Below, piece after piece: positions 42,280 through 53,233 of a stretch of 64,000 bases of DNA. The stretch comes from Limnothrix sp. BL-A-16 (lineage in GTDB: Bacteria > Cyanobacteriota > Cyanobacteriia > CACIAM-69d). Made by a program: the position numbers and the translations under genes. Where the stretch lies: contig CP166615.1 of NCBI GenBank assembly GCA_041937175.2, forward strand, positions 3,776,001 to 3,840,000, written 5' to 3'. The notes beneath the pieces are model-generated. The model was not told the DNA's origin. It saw only the letters and a list, made by a program, of their open reading frames with translations, and ran no database searches. How positions within the stretch are numbered: the first letter of the stretch is position 1; the number at the start of each line of letters is the position of its first letter.

Positions 42280-43428
42280 ATGACTCCTCCCAAGTTATCG
42301 GATTCCGAAAAATACGAACTGATTACGCTCTATCGCCAGGGCGGCCACACCATGGCCACCCTGGGACAGCGCTATGGAGTCAGCACTTCAACCGTGGGCC
42401 GAATTTTGAAGTTGGCGGCCGAAGAGTCAGTGCCCGCGCCGGTTTCAGCTCCGGCCCCGATCGCCCCGCCTGTGGCCACTGCCGCGCCGGAAGTCCCAAT
42501 GCTGGAATTGGATCCCCAGCCGCCCCAGGTGGATCCCATGGTGGACTCCGGCGGGCGATCGGGCGGGCGATCGATCCCCAACCAACCGGCGGAACCAACC
42601 GACGGCACAACGGGTACAAGACGGGTGCGCCGTCGATCGCGCAGTGGAGCTTCGGAGTTGGCGGAATCTGCGCTACCGGAGTCCATCGCGGCCCCGGAGC
42701 CAACGCCAGCCAAGCCCATGGAACTTCCCGCCATGGAAACCTTGCCACTGTTTGAAACCGCCTTTGCCACCGCTGCGGCGGAACCCTTGACCGAGGTTGT
42801 TGCGGAGTTGGAAGCTGAGGCCCAGGAAGGGGTGCGATCGTCGCGCGTTGGCCGGCCAGTGAAAAAGCAGGCAGAAGCGACCACCAACACCAATGGCAAA
42901 GGGGGGCGATCGAATCGGCGGCGTAAAGGTAGCGGCCCCGTTGTGGCAGAGATCAACGAAGCCAGCGCGGAGGAAGCCGACGACGCGGACTTGGGAGCCG
43001 ACTTAGATCTAGATGATGACGATCTGGATCTGGACGAAGATGATTTTGAGTTTGGGGATGACGACGGTGAAGCGGGCCTGGCTGCCATGTTTGGGCGCGG
43101 AGCCAATCCGGATCAACCGATCGAAATTATGCCCCTGGAAACCTCACGGATCCCCAACCCTTGCTATCTCGTGATCGATCGAGCAGCGGAGTTAGTGGCC
43201 CGTCCCTTAGAAGATTTTCGAGAATTGGGGCAAATTCCACCCCAGGAAGCCGCTAGCCGCACCCTCCCGGTCTTTGACAACCATCGCGTGGCGCGGCGAT
43301 TTTCGGCGCGCAATCAGCGCATTATTAAAGTGCCCGATGCCAACGACCTGTTCCAAAAAACAGGCCCCTATCTCCAGGCCAAGGGCATCACTCACCTGTT
43401 AATCGATGGGCAGGTTTATTTACTGTAG
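42280..43428 (+). CDS. Conserved cyanobacterial protein: N-terminal HTH, acidic linker, conserved C-terminal domain
   Basis: TLGQRYGVSTSTVGRILK HTH; CYLVIDRAAELVARPL..LPVFDNHRVARRF..KGITHLLIDGQVY. Confidence 0.8.
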   Translation: MTPPKLSDSEKYELITLYRQGGHTMATLGQRYGVSTSTVGRILKLAAEESVPAPVSAPAPIAPPVATAAPEVPMLELDPQPPQVDPMVDSGGRSGGRSIPNQPAEPTDGTTGTRRVRRRSRSGASELAESALPESIAAPEPTPAKPMELPAMETLPLFETAFATAAAEPLTEVVAELEAEAQEGVRSSRVGRPVKKQAEATTNTNGKGGRSNRRRKGSGPVVAEINEASAEEADDADLGADLDLDDDDLDLDEDDFEFGDDDGEAGLAAMFGRGANPDQPIEIMPLETSRIPNPCYLVIDRAAELVARPLEDFRELGQIPPQEAASRTLPVFDNHRVARRFSARNQRIIKVPDANDLFQKTGPYLQAKGITHLLIDGQVYLL

Positions 43429-43660
43429 GCCTGGCTGCCAAATTTCTTGATTGCCCCCCTCAAGTCTGTGGAGCGCCCATCCCGTGAAGACGGAGCAGCA
43501 GCCCAATCAGCCTGCCGGTTGGTCTGAACCATCGGAGCAGGGGACTCCTCTGAAATCCGGGACAAACAAACCAGCCCCGATCGGGCAGGGGATTGATCAT
43601 GGGCGCAGGCGGCAAAAGTGCCGATCTCACTGGAAATCCTGGGTTCAATCCCTGTGCGTG

Positions 43661-44419
43661 ATGGTGGCGCTGTTGCTGTTGGTGGCCCATGGGCTTTGGT
43701 ATGGGGCTGTGCTGCCGGTGGCCCATAGTTTTCCTTTGTTTGGGGTGCGACGGGTGCTCACAACGGAGCCGCTGGTGGCCCTGACCTTTGATGATGGGCC
43801 CCAATCGCCCTACACGGAGCAGGTCTTGCAGGTCTTGGATCGCTTTGGGGTGAAGGCCACTTTCTTTGAAATTGGTCAGCAGATTGATCGGGAGCCGGCC
43901 TTAGCGCGATCGGTGGTGCAACGGGGCCATGAGTTGGGCAATCATTCCTACTCCCACCGGAATTTGATCCTGCGTTGGCCGGGGGAAATTGCCGCTGAAA
44001 TTACCGAAACCGATCAGCGGCTGCGGGCTGCGGGGGCTGAGGGACCAATCGCCCTGCGGCCGCCCTTGGGTAAGCGGTGGTTTGGGTTGCCCTATTGGCT
44101 ATGGCGATCGGGTCGCACCTTGGCCATGTGGGAAGTGGATTCCGGTGACTATGACCCAACCCATTCGGTGGCGGATTTGGTGCAAGGCGTGTTGCAGCGG
44201 GTGCAGCCCGGCTCCATTGTTCTGTTCCATGACGGCAGCTTCAAGACCCACCAGCCCCGCGATCGCACCGTGGCCGCACTGGGTGAAATTATTCCCACCC
44301 TCCAGGCCCGGGGCTATCGCCTGGTGACCTTGGGCGAACTGTTGCGATCGGGAAAACCCAGCGGTGGCGGCCCCTGGGAAAGCCGACTCCTTGATCGAGA
44401 GTCAAAATCAAACCCCTGA
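43661..44419 (+). CDS. Polysaccharide deacetylase (NodB/CE4)
   Basis: ALTFDDGP, ATFF, GNHSYSH, RPP, IVLFHD; start uncertain. Confidence 0.92.
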   Translation: MVALLLLVAHGLWYGAVLPVAHSFPLFGVRRVLTTEPLVALTFDDGPQSPYTEQVLQVLDRFGVKATFFEIGQQIDREPALARSVVQRGHELGNHSYSHRNLILRWPGEIAAEITETDQRLRAAGAEGPIALRPPLGKRWFGLPYWLWRSGRTLAMWEVDSGDYDPTHSVADLVQGVLQRVQPGSIVLFHDGSFKTHQPRDRTVAALGEIIPTLQARGYRLVTLGELLRSGKPSGGGPWESRLLDRESKSNP

Positions 44420-44489
44420 TCAGTGACCTGGCTTCGTTGGCCGAGATCCATCAATCACCGATCGCAAAGTCCCGCCATTGCTCCCGGCC

Positions 44490-46355
44490 CTAATCCGGGA
44501 GATCCTCCACAATGATCCAAGGGCCAGAGGGGTTATAGCGCCCTCGCAGAACGATCGAGCTACCGGATTCCAGTTGGCCAAGGCGGTAATTCACCCAAGG
44601 ATGGAGCGCCACCAGGGAAATTGGCTCCGGGGTCAAGGCGGTTTCTAGGGCATAGTCCTGGGGGCCGCGCCGCTGAAACTGACCGGTGAACCCCAAGGTG
44701 GCTGAAGGCTCTGGCGGTGGAATCAGATTCAAGGGATGCTCCTGGGTCAGCAGTTGCTCATAGGCTTGGGGATGGGCAATCCAGTGCTCCTGCTGTGATC
44801 GCCAATCATCGCGATCGGGCGTGAGGCCAAAACAGGGAATTACCGCCGCCGGAGCCTGGGGGTCATGGAGCAAGGCCGTTTGCACAGCGGCTACCGGCAG
44901 CGATCGGGGTTGGCAATGCTGCTGAACACAAAGGGCCGCCGCCGCCCCCGCCGCTTGACCCAACCCCAACACCACCGGCTGGAGGCGCGTGGCTCCGTTG
45001 GCCATGTGAGATACGGAAATATTCTTATCGCAAACCAACAGCCCATCGACTTGCTGTGGCACCAGGCAACCATAGGGCAGCGCAAAGGCCGTGCCTGTCC
45101 AGCGCCCTCCCCATCGGAGCGATTTGGGCGCTAGGGGAAAGACCTCACCGGGGTAGTGGTGATCATTGGGATAGTTGCCATAGGCGATCGCGCTGCTGGC
45201 TCCGCTGTGGGGATCGCGGGGCAGGGCCGCTCCCCAGCCTCCGACCACTGGCAAGATGTGGTTTTCCGTCACCGTTGCCAATCCCTGGAGGCGGCGGCTT
45301 TCCCGAAAGTAGGGATAGAGCGCAAAGGCTCCAGCGTCGGGAAAGAGCTGATCGGCCAAGCCATAGCGCCGTCCGAGGGTTTGTTGTAACCAATGGGCAA
45401 ATCCCAAACTGCGATCGTAGGCGGCTTGCAGCGCCGCTGCTCGATCGGCCGCCGTTCCCACCAGGCGATCGAGATCATCCCCATAGTCATTGCCCGCCTG
45501 GGGCCAGTTGATCATGAACCGATCGCCCGCAATCCGCCCATAGTCCAACACGCGCTGGGCACTGGTATAGCCCGCAAAGGCTTCCCGGTAGTGGCTGGGG
45601 TCATAGTCAGCGGGGCAGGGAATTTCCGGGGCGATCGCTTCGGGGCCAAAATCCTGAAGATAAAAAACCCAAGTGGGAGCCTGCACCGGAAATTGTTCGG
45701 TCAAGGCTGTGGGCCCCGCCGGGGCCGTGGGTTCTTGCCATTGGTCTTGCCACTCCCAACCCCAACGATAGGGAACCTCTCCCAGGGCTAACAGATCTCC
45801 CAATTCCGTGCCGTCGATCGTGATCTGGGCGGTAACCCGTAACCCCGAGTCAAAGGTAACCCCGGTGATTTGATCGCCCGATCGCTGCACCGACACCGGC
45901 CGCACTCCGGAAACCCAACGTAAATTGGGCAGGGCCGCCACCCAATCAGCAAAAATCTGCGCCCCGATCGCCGGTTCATAGGTGAAAAAGCTGACCCAAC
46001 CCCAATCCAGTCCCTGGGGTTGACGCTGGGCCAATTCCTGCAAAAACGCCCCCCAGAGGCCCGTTTGCAGCGCCGTCAATTCATTGCCATCCGGCGCACA
46101 GACCCCCGCCGCCGTCAGCATTCCGCCCAACCAGGAAAACTCCGTGGCCAACAGCACCCGCACCCCAGAACGGGCCGCTTGAATAGCCGCCGCCGTCCCT
46201 CCAGTGCCGCCACCCACCACCAAAACATCGGTTTCCGCGATCGGGTTGTTCAGAATGGGGCTGTCCAGGGGCAGCGGATCCGGGGTCGGGGACACCGCCC
46301 CCAAGGGGAGAGCAAAACCCTCAATCGCTGTCTGAGGGAAGCGTTCCGTGGTCAC
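44490..46355 (-). CDS. FAD-dependent oxidoreductase
   Basis: DVLVVGGGTGGTAAA, IDGTELGD, RESRR, GATRLQP. Confidence 0.9.
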   Translation of the reverse strand: MTTERFPQTAIEGFALPLGAVSPTPDPLPLDSPILNNPIAETDVLVVGGGTGGTAAAIQAARSGVRVLLATEFSWLGGMLTAAGVCAPDGNELTALQTGLWGAFLQELAQRQPQGLDWGWVSFFTYEPAIGAQIFADWVAALPNLRWVSGVRPVSVQRSGDQITGVTFDSGLRVTAQITIDGTELGDLLALGEVPYRWGWEWQDQWQEPTAPAGPTALTEQFPVQAPTWVFYLQDFGPEAIAPEIPCPADYDPSHYREAFAGYTSAQRVLDYGRIAGDRFMINWPQAGNDYGDDLDRLVGTAADRAAALQAAYDRSLGFAHWLQQTLGRRYGLADQLFPDAGAFALYPYFRESRRLQGLATVTENHILPVVGGWGAALPRDPHSGASSAIAYGNYPNDHHYPGEVFPLAPKSLRWGGRWTGTAFALPYGCLVPQQVDGLLVCDKNISVSHMANGATRLQPVVLGLGQAAGAAAALCVQQHCQPRSLPVAAVQTALLHDPQAPAAVIPCFGLTPDRDDWRSQQEHWIAHPQAYEQLLTQEHPLNLIPPPEPSATLGFTGQFQRRGPQDYALETALTPEPISLVALHPWVNYRLGQLESGSSIVLRGRYNPSGPWIIVEDLPD

Positions 46356-46389
46356 CGAGCATTACTCCGAGCAGATCAACTGCCCAACC

Positions 46390-46698
46390 TTACCATGTGG
46401 GATCAATGCCCAAATTGACCGTCAGTGCTGAGATTCCGGTCGGTACGGCACTGATGCAAGCACAAACGGTTTGGGGGTCTGCGGGGCTGCTGGGGGCCGC
46501 TGATGGATCGGGGCGATCGGGGCGATCGGGGCTGGGTAGGGGCTGCGCTGCCAAATCCACTTCACAGGCATGGCAAGACCCCATCAGACAACCCGTGGGA
46601 ATGGCAACCCCGGCGCGATCGGCCACGGTTAACAGCATCTCGCCCGGTTGGGCTGAGACGGTGACTTGATCGGGCAAAAAGGTAACGGAGATCTCCAT
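46390..46698 (-). CDS. 2Fe-2S ferredoxin-like protein
   Basis: GCLMGSCHACEV...CAC; Pro-rich insert before the last Cys. Confidence 0.85.
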   Translation of the reverse strand: MEISVTFLPDQVTVSAQPGEMLLTVADRAGVAIPTGCLMGSCHACEVDLAAQPLPSPDRPDRPDPSAAPSSPADPQTVCACISAVPTGISALTVNLGIDPTW

Positions 46699-46758
46699 AG
46701 GGCGGATGGCGGCGGTTTGGGGGTTGGGCAGTCGGGTCAGTGATTGGGTGGCCTCAGC

Positions 46759-49700
46759 TCATTCGGTGGCTTCAGCGGAAAAGGTCGGTTGATCGTCCCG
46801 AGCGTCCGACTCGATCGGCAGGAAGGCCAATTCTGGCTTGCGGCCCGGCGGCAATTGGCGCGTGGTGATGGTGTTCAAGCGGGCCTTGGGATGCTTAAAA
46901 CTCAGCTCCGGCGACCAAGCGGGTTGCTGGGAAGCGGGCAAGCCGTCGCCATGGGGGCCGATCTCCGAGGCCCCGTTGGCCGGCGGCGTTTGGGTAATGG
47001 GTAAGGTAATCGTAAATTCTGCACCCTGGTCAGGGGCCGATCGACAAATCATGCTGCCACGATGGCGCTGAATAATTTGATAGCTAATCGAGAGGCCTAA
47101 TCCCGTGCCCTTGCCTAGGGGTTTTGTGGTGAAAAAAGGATCAAATAATTGAGATTGAATTGCTTCAGGAATCCCCGGCCCATTATCTCGAATGGTGACA
47201 CCAATATGCTGAGGATCCGGTTGTGAAAGATCAATCCAAATGCGACCAATAAAGGGCAATTGATCGCGACTCAGTTGCTCTTCTTGGGCCTCGCGTAAAG
47301 CATCGATCGCATTAGAGAGCAAATTCATGCAAACCTGATGAATTTGACCGGAATAGCATTCAATGGGAGGAATGTTGTCATAATTCCGAATGATCTCAAT
47401 TTCAGGATAGCTGCCATTGGGCTTCAGGTGATATTGCAAGATCATGAGCGTGGACTCGATCGCCTCTTGCAAGTACAGGGCGTTGGTAATGGTGCGATCG
47501 ACCCGTGAGAAACCACGCAGCGCCGAGACAATTTCTCGAATTCGATTCGTGCCCAAATGCATTGAGTCCAATAATTTAGGAAAATCTCGCGCTAGAAAGT
47601 CCAAGTCAAAGGTTTCCAGCAAGGCTTGAATCTGCTCTTTTGGCGCTTGTTGGGCTTCCAGCCGGGCCAGTTGAATCAGGAATTCGGAATATTCACGAAT
47701 GGGGCCCAAGTTGCTATGAATAAACCCGATCGGGTTATTAATTTCATGGGCAACGCCAGCGATTAATTGTCCCAAAATTGACATCTTTTCGCTTTGGAGC
47801 AAATGCATTTGAGTTTGCTTGAGTTCGTCCAGCGTTTGGGCCAATTCAGTCGCTTGCGATCGGGTTTGTTGCAGCAATTCTGTATGCTGAAGCGCCACAC
47901 CCAATTGCGCACAAACCTGGCGTAAAAATTCCACTTCCGAGTCTTGCCAATGGCGAGGAGCGGTGCATTGGTGAATGCCCATCAGTCCCCACAGCTCCTC
48001 ACTTTGAATGATCGGAATCACCAAGTTGGCCTGCACTTGCCAAGTCCGCAACATTTCCAAATGACAATCGGGCATGGTGGAATTGTGCACATTCGGAATG
48101 CTGTGAACTTTGCCCACTTGGTACTGAAGAACGTGCTGATCGCTAAAGCAGGGATCTTCTAATTCCAAGTGCAGAATGGAGGTGCAACCCCGGGCCCGAT
48201 CTTCCGCAATAATTTTGCCCTGGGCGGTCGGGGCTTGGGAATTAAAGGCAAACACCACCACCCGATCGGCCCGCAGCAGTTGCCGCACTTCCCGGGCCGT
48301 GGTGCGAAACACGGTTTCCAGATCCAAAGACTCGCGAATTTTGGCAATCAATCGCGCCAGGGTTTGTTGCTGATGGATCACCCGTTCCAGATCCGCCGTC
48401 GATCGCTGAAGTTCCTCGTTCGATTGGCGCAACTCCGCCGTGCGGGTCTGCACTTGGGCCTCCAAACTGGCGTTCAGGCTGTTCACCTCTGTATACAGCC
48501 AATGTTGCTTGACCGCCGTGGCAAACCGTTCCCCCAATGCCTGGGCGAGCTTCACCTCAGAGACCGTCCATTGCTGGGCTTGGCCGATCCTGATTTGTCG
48601 CCACACCTCAAAGGAATGGCGGGCCATCAGTTGGCGCGTGTCCGGGTCGTGCCAGCCGGTCCAAAGCTCATCGGTGTTGACCTCATCCCGAAAAATGCTG
48701 AGACAACCCAGTAACTCACTGCCGTAATAGAGGGGAACCAAAATCAGACCCCGGATCGGCAGCCACTGAAACGAGGGGGCCACCGATCGCAGCAGGGGTT
48801 CTCGGTAAATGTCCCCGATCGCCCAAACGCGCTGGCTAAAACTGCTGCTGTCCTGGGGTGGGGCCGCCAGGCCATAGTTGGCGCGCATCCACTCCACAGA
48901 CCAATCCTGAGACCAATCCTGAGTGGTGGTGTTGGGCGGTGGCTCGGGCACTGCGCCCGCTTTCAAAAAGGCATAGACCAGCCGGTGTTCCTCGAAGGGG
49001 CGCTGATCCGTGGTGGCCAGGGGATGGGGCTGGGGCCCCACGGTATACAGTTCCCGATCGGCCTGGCCCCCGGGCCAAAGGCACAATCGGCCGCCGCTGC
49101 CTCCCAAAATTTGCACCGTTTCTTCCAGGGCCTTTTGCAGTTGGCCCGTGGGCGCTTCGTGCAGCAGGGCCGTGACGCGGTTAATGCTCGCTTCCTGGAG
49201 GGCTTGATCCGTGACCCGTTGCACCAAAATTGACTGGGCGATCGCGATTTCCACCTGATCGACCACCGCTTGGATGAATTGCAGTTCCTCCTCATCCACC
49301 GATCGGGGTTCCGCGTGGTGAGAAACCAACAGCCCCCACAGGTTGCCCATGTGCAGGGTGCTGGAAACGGGCGGCTCAGAGGTGGCCGGAAAGTTATCCA
49401 GCACGATCGGAACCACCACCGACGACTGCACCCCCATCACCGTCAGATATTCCACATGGCATGGATCCACCGGACGGTAGCGCATCGTCGAAGGACTACG
49501 CAATTCCCCATCGCCCGGGGGATCCATGGCACTCAGGCCCGTTTGGCACTCAGCCACATCCACCACCACTCGCTGGCGGGCCCGCACGAACAACTCTCTG
49601 GCCTGGGGCGGAATATCATCCACCGGAAAATGCAACCCCTTCAAGGAAGGCAGTCGATCGGGGACGAGGGATTCGGCCACCACCGTGCCATGGCCCTCGG

Positions 49701-49869
49701 GCGAAAATTGGTAAATCTTGACCCGATCGGTCTCCAAAAAGGCTCGTACCTCCGCCACCGTCACCGCCAGGATCTCGCTCAGCTCCAGGGACTGCCGAAT
49801 TCGGTTTGCAATCCCCATCAGTAGCTGTTCCTGAGTGCCTTTGCGTGGCTTCTGTAAATCTAATTCCAT
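46759..49869 (-). CDS. Photoreceptor histidine kinase: knotless phytochrome GAF-PHY + DXCF CBCR GAF + HisKA/HATPase
   Basis: FPVDDIPPQAR and PCHVEYL in GAF1; tongue WTG...ARHSF; DPCF and DCHLEML in GAF3; AHEINNP, DNGPGI, GTGLGL. Confidence 0.88.
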   Translation of the reverse strand: MELDLQKPRKGTQEQLLMGIANRIRQSLELSEILAVTVAEVRAFLETDRVKIYQFSPEGHGTVVAESLVPDRLPSLKGLHFPVDDIPPQARELFVRARQRVVVDVAECQTGLSAMDPPGDGELRSPSTMRYRPVDPCHVEYLTVMGVQSSVVVPIVLDNFPATSEPPVSSTLHMGNLWGLLVSHHAEPRSVDEEELQFIQAVVDQVEIAIAQSILVQRVTDQALQEASINRVTALLHEAPTGQLQKALEETVQILGGSGGRLCLWPGGQADRELYTVGPQPHPLATTDQRPFEEHRLVYAFLKAGAVPEPPPNTTTQDWSQDWSVEWMRANYGLAAPPQDSSSFSQRVWAIGDIYREPLLRSVAPSFQWLPIRGLILVPLYYGSELLGCLSIFRDEVNTDELWTGWHDPDTRQLMARHSFEVWRQIRIGQAQQWTVSEVKLAQALGERFATAVKQHWLYTEVNSLNASLEAQVQTRTAELRQSNEELQRSTADLERVIHQQQTLARLIAKIRESLDLETVFRTTAREVRQLLRADRVVVFAFNSQAPTAQGKIIAEDRARGCTSILHLELEDPCFSDQHVLQYQVGKVHSIPNVHNSTMPDCHLEMLRTWQVQANLVIPIIQSEELWGLMGIHQCTAPRHWQDSEVEFLRQVCAQLGVALQHTELLQQTRSQATELAQTLDELKQTQMHLLQSEKMSILGQLIAGVAHEINNPIGFIHSNLGPIREYSEFLIQLARLEAQQAPKEQIQALLETFDLDFLARDFPKLLDSMHLGTNRIREIVSALRGFSRVDRTITNALYLQEAIESTLMILQYHLKPNGSYPEIEIIRNYDNIPPIECYSGQIHQVCMNLLSNAIDALREAQEEQLSRDQLPFIGRIWIDLSQPDPQHIGVTIRDNGPGIPEAIQSQLFDPFFTTKPLGKGTGLGLSISYQIIQRHRGSMICRSAPDQGAEFTITLPITQTPPANGASEIGPHGDGLPASQQPAWSPELSFKHPKARLNTITTRQLPPGRKPELAFLPIESDARDDQPTFSAEATE

Positions 49870-50358
49870 GGCTGCTTAACCTGTGCATCAACACAATCGC
49901 CGATCGCCACCGCTGCCCCAAGACTGGTGATTGACGGGCGAAACGGCGCTGAACTGGGGATCGATCAGTCCCACCCGCAGACAACCCAAAAGCATCGCGC
50001 CTAGCCCCTGATCCCCAAGCTGCTTCCCCTCCTAAGGCGCTGATCCCCAAGCGACTGACCCCAAGGCGCTCAATGGTGATGCACCAGTGCCGCTTGCTTT
50101 GCAGATCCCTAGATCTCAAGATCCCGATCTTTTACAGATGTCAATTTCTATCTTCAGGGAATGGGTCACTCAAAAGCAATGTACTGACCGCGCACTGCTG
50201 AAACCGTAAGGTCAACGATTTTGGATCCCGCTTAGTGAATGGTCGATCGCTGCAATCAATTTGCGCCAAATATAAAAACGGTATGGAGATTCGTTAGAGT
50301 CGATAGGGGTCAGTCCAAAACCAAAATTCCCCATATCCAACACCCAAGGTGGCCGCCT

Positions 50359-52263
50359 ATGCATCTGAGCGAACTTACTCACCCCAATCAACTTCATGGG
50401 CTGTCGATCGCCCAATTAGAAGAAATTGCCCGCCAAATTCGAGAAAAACATCTGCAAACCGTCGCCACCAGCGGCGGTCACCTGGGCCCCGGTTTAGGCG
50501 TGGTGGAATTAACAGTCGCCCTCTATCAAACCCTTGACCTCGATCGCGACAAGGTGATCTGGGATGTGGGCCACCAGGCCTATCCCCACAAACTGATTAC
50601 CGGTCGTTACAACGAGTTCCATACCCTGCGCCAAAAGGATGGCATTGCTGGTTATCTCAAGCGCTGTGAAAGTAAGTTCGACCACTTCGGCGCAGGCCAC
50701 GCCTCCACTAGCATTTCCGCCGGTTTGGGCATGGCGATCGCCCGGGATATGGCCGGCGAAAACTACAAAGTGGTTTCCATCATCGGCGACGGCGCAATGA
50801 CCGGCGGGATGGCCCTTGAAGCCATTAACCACGCGGGTCACCTGCCCGACACTAATTTGATGGTGGTGCTCAACGATAACGACATGTCCATTTCGCCCAA
50901 CGTGGGGGCCCTGTCGCGCTACCTGAATAAAATGCGCCTTAGCCCGCCGATGCAGTTCCTAACGGACAACATCGAAGAGCAGGTGAAGCATTTGCCCTTC
51001 TTTGGTGGCTCTCTATCGCCGGAACTCGATCGGGTCAAAGAAGGCATGAAGCGCCTAGCCGTGTCGAAAGTGGGCGCAGTGTTTGAAGAACTGGGCTTTA
51101 CCTACATGGGCCCCGTTGACGGTCACAACATTAAAGAACTGATTGACATCTTTCGCGAAGGCCACAAGCAAAAGGGCCCTGTGCTCGTCCACGTGGCCAC
51201 CACCAAAGGCAAGGGCTACGCGATCGCGGAAAAAGATCAAGTGGGTTACCACGCTCAAAATCCCTTTGATTTGGCAACGGGCAAGGCCAAACCGGCTAGC
51301 AAGCCCACGCCGCCCAGCTATTCAAAAGTTTTTGCAGAAACCCTGATTACCCTCGCGGAAAACGATCCTCGAATTGTGGCCATCACGGCGGCCATGGCCA
51401 CCGGTACGGGTCTCGACAAGTTCCAAGCCAAGCTGCCGAACCAATATGTGGATGTGGGCATTGCCGAACAGCACGCCGTAACCATGGCGGCGGGCATGGC
51501 CTGCGAAGGGGCGCGCCCGGTGGTGACGATCTATTCCACCTTCTTGCAGCGGGCCTTTGACCAAGTGATCCATGATGTTTGCATCCAGGATCTGCCGGTC
51601 TTCTTCTGTCTCGATCGCGCCGGGGTGGTCGGAGCCGACGGCCCCACCCACCAGGGGATGTATGACATTGCCTACCTGCGGTGCATTCCTAACTTGGTGG
51701 TGATGGCTCCCAAGGATGAGGCGGAGTTCCAGCGGATGTTGGTGACGGGCGTAACCCATTCGGGCCCGATCGCCGTGCGCTATCCCCGGGGTAGTGGCGT
51801 GGGTGCGCCGTTGCTAGAAGCTGGCTGGGAGCCGATGCCGATCGGGAAAGGCGAAGTGCTACGAACCGGTGATGATCTGTTGCTGGTGGGCTACGGCACG
51901 ATGGTCTATCCGGCCATGCAAGCGGCGGAAATCCTCAGCGAGCATGGCATTGAAGCCACGGTGGTGAATGCCCGGTTCGTGAAGCCGCTGGATACAGAGT
52001 TGATTGTGCCCCTGGCCCAGAAGATTGGCCGGGTGGTGACGATCGAGGAAGGCTGCCTGATGGGTGGCTTTGGGTCGGCGGTGCTGGAAGCCCTGGGCGA
52101 TGCGGGTGTGGCCGTGCCGGTGACCCGCTTGGGTGTGCCGGACATTTTGGTGGAGCACGCCACGCCGAGCCAGTCGATGCAAAGCCTGGGTCTGACGGGG
52201 CCACAAATTGCCGATCGCCTGTTGACGCAGTTGGGCCGTAAGCCGGAAATGGCAGCGGTTTAG
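50359..52263 (+). CDS. dxs: 1-deoxy-D-xylulose-5-phosphate synthase
   Basis: [32 protein letters not shown]. Confidence 0.98.
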   Translation: MHLSELTHPNQLHGLSIAQLEEIARQIREKHLQTVATSGGHLGPGLGVVELTVALYQTLDLDRDKVIWDVGHQAYPHKLITGRYNEFHTLRQKDGIAGYLKRCESKFDHFGAGHASTSISAGLGMAIARDMAGENYKVVSIIGDGAMTGGMALEAINHAGHLPDTNLMVVLNDNDMSISPNVGALSRYLNKMRLSPPMQFLTDNIEEQVKHLPFFGGSLSPELDRVKEGMKRLAVSKVGAVFEELGFTYMGPVDGHNIKELIDIFREGHKQKGPVLVHVATTKGKGYAIAEKDQVGYHAQNPFDLATGKAKPASKPTPPSYSKVFAETLITLAENDPRIVAITAAMATGTGLDKFQAKLPNQYVDVGIAEQHAVTMAAGMACEGARPVVTIYSTFLQRAFDQVIHDVCIQDLPVFFCLDRAGVVGADGPTHQGMYDIAYLRCIPNLVVMAPKDEAEFQRMLVTGVTHSGPIAVRYPRGSGVGAPLLEAGWEPMPIGKGEVLRTGDDLLLVGYGTMVYPAMQAAEILSEHGIEATVVNARFVKPLDTELIVPLAQKIGRVVTIEEGCLMGGFGSAVLEALGDAGVAVPVTRLGVPDILVEHATPSQSMQSLGLTGPQIADRLLTQLGRKPEMAAV

Positions 52264-52280
52264 ATTCCAAGGCAAGGTCG

Positions 52281-52308
52281 GGTTGGGCGATCGGGCGATC
52301 GCTCAACC
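52281..52308. terminator. HIP1-based stem-loop after dxs
   Basis: GGTTGGGCGATCG-GG-CGATCGCTCAACC. Confidence 0.45.
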
Positions 52309-52445
52309 GGGCCGCCCCCGATCGGCAACAGAGCTGTGGGGTGGACAATGCCCGCCGCCCTCTAGCCCCAAGCAACATCCGCGAGATGTGCAAATCTTCC
52401 GAGTATTACGAGCTACGCGACACGGTTGAGCTAACTACATCCCAA

Positions 52446-52769
52446 ATGAATGCCCTATCAATTCCTACTTGGATCGTGCATGTTTCCAGCGTCATCGAGT
52501 GGATCGCCGCGATCGTGCTGATTTGGCGCTACGGCGACCTCACCGAAAATCCGAGCTGGCGGGCCCTCAGTTGGGGAATGTTGCCGGCCCTGGTGAGTGC
52601 CATGTGCGCCTGTACTTGGCACTTTTTTGACAATGCGCCGCGCTTGGAATGGCTGGTAACGGTGCAGGCAGCCACGACAGTGATTGGTAATTGCACGCTC
52701 TGTGCGGGGGCTTGGTGGATCTGGCGATCGCGCCCGATCGACCCATCAGAATCTGAAAAAGATCCCTAG
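52446..52769 (+). CDS. ycf49: Ycf49 / DUF2499 family protein
   Basis: [28 protein letters not shown]. Confidence 0.9.
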   Translation: MNALSIPTWIVHVSSVIEWIAAIVLIWRYGDLTENPSWRALSWGMLPALVSAMCACTWHFFDNAPRLEWLVTVQAATTVIGNCTLCAGAWWIWRSRPIDPSESEKDP

Positions 52770-53233
52770 GAATTCGGTCTTAAAAGTCAGCACCCTGGCA
52801 CGGCCAGGGGCTTTGATTGTGATTGATCATTGCAACAATCATTGTTGGGCTTAATCGAATTTCTGTGAACATCTTAAATTTTTTACGTTGAAGGAATTAG
52901 AAAATCTTAAAAAATTCAATTGATTCTTTGAAACTCAGTCATTTTCTATGTATTTCACCTTTTATTCAGCCTTTGTATAAATTAATGCCAGTAAAAAATA
53001 GAGATTTCAAAATATTTTCTATTGCCTTGAAAGTATTTCACTGAATACAGAAATTATTGCTTAAAATTATCATTAGAAGCCATGATTATGAAGAACAAAG
53101 CGCTCTTCACGGAACCTTCGTCTAGAGATCACTTAATCTTTAAACCGATTTTTCAAAGTGCGATCTAAGATGTAACTCAAGAACCTAAACGTTGGGTGCT
53201 AGACCTCTCCACTACTGCGGAAAAATTGTCACT

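Noticed and set aside
42280..43428. Transposase (because of the N-terminal HTH)
   Set aside because: No DDE/HUH motifs, TIRs or target duplication; host-like composition and a conserved cyanobacterial C-terminal domain
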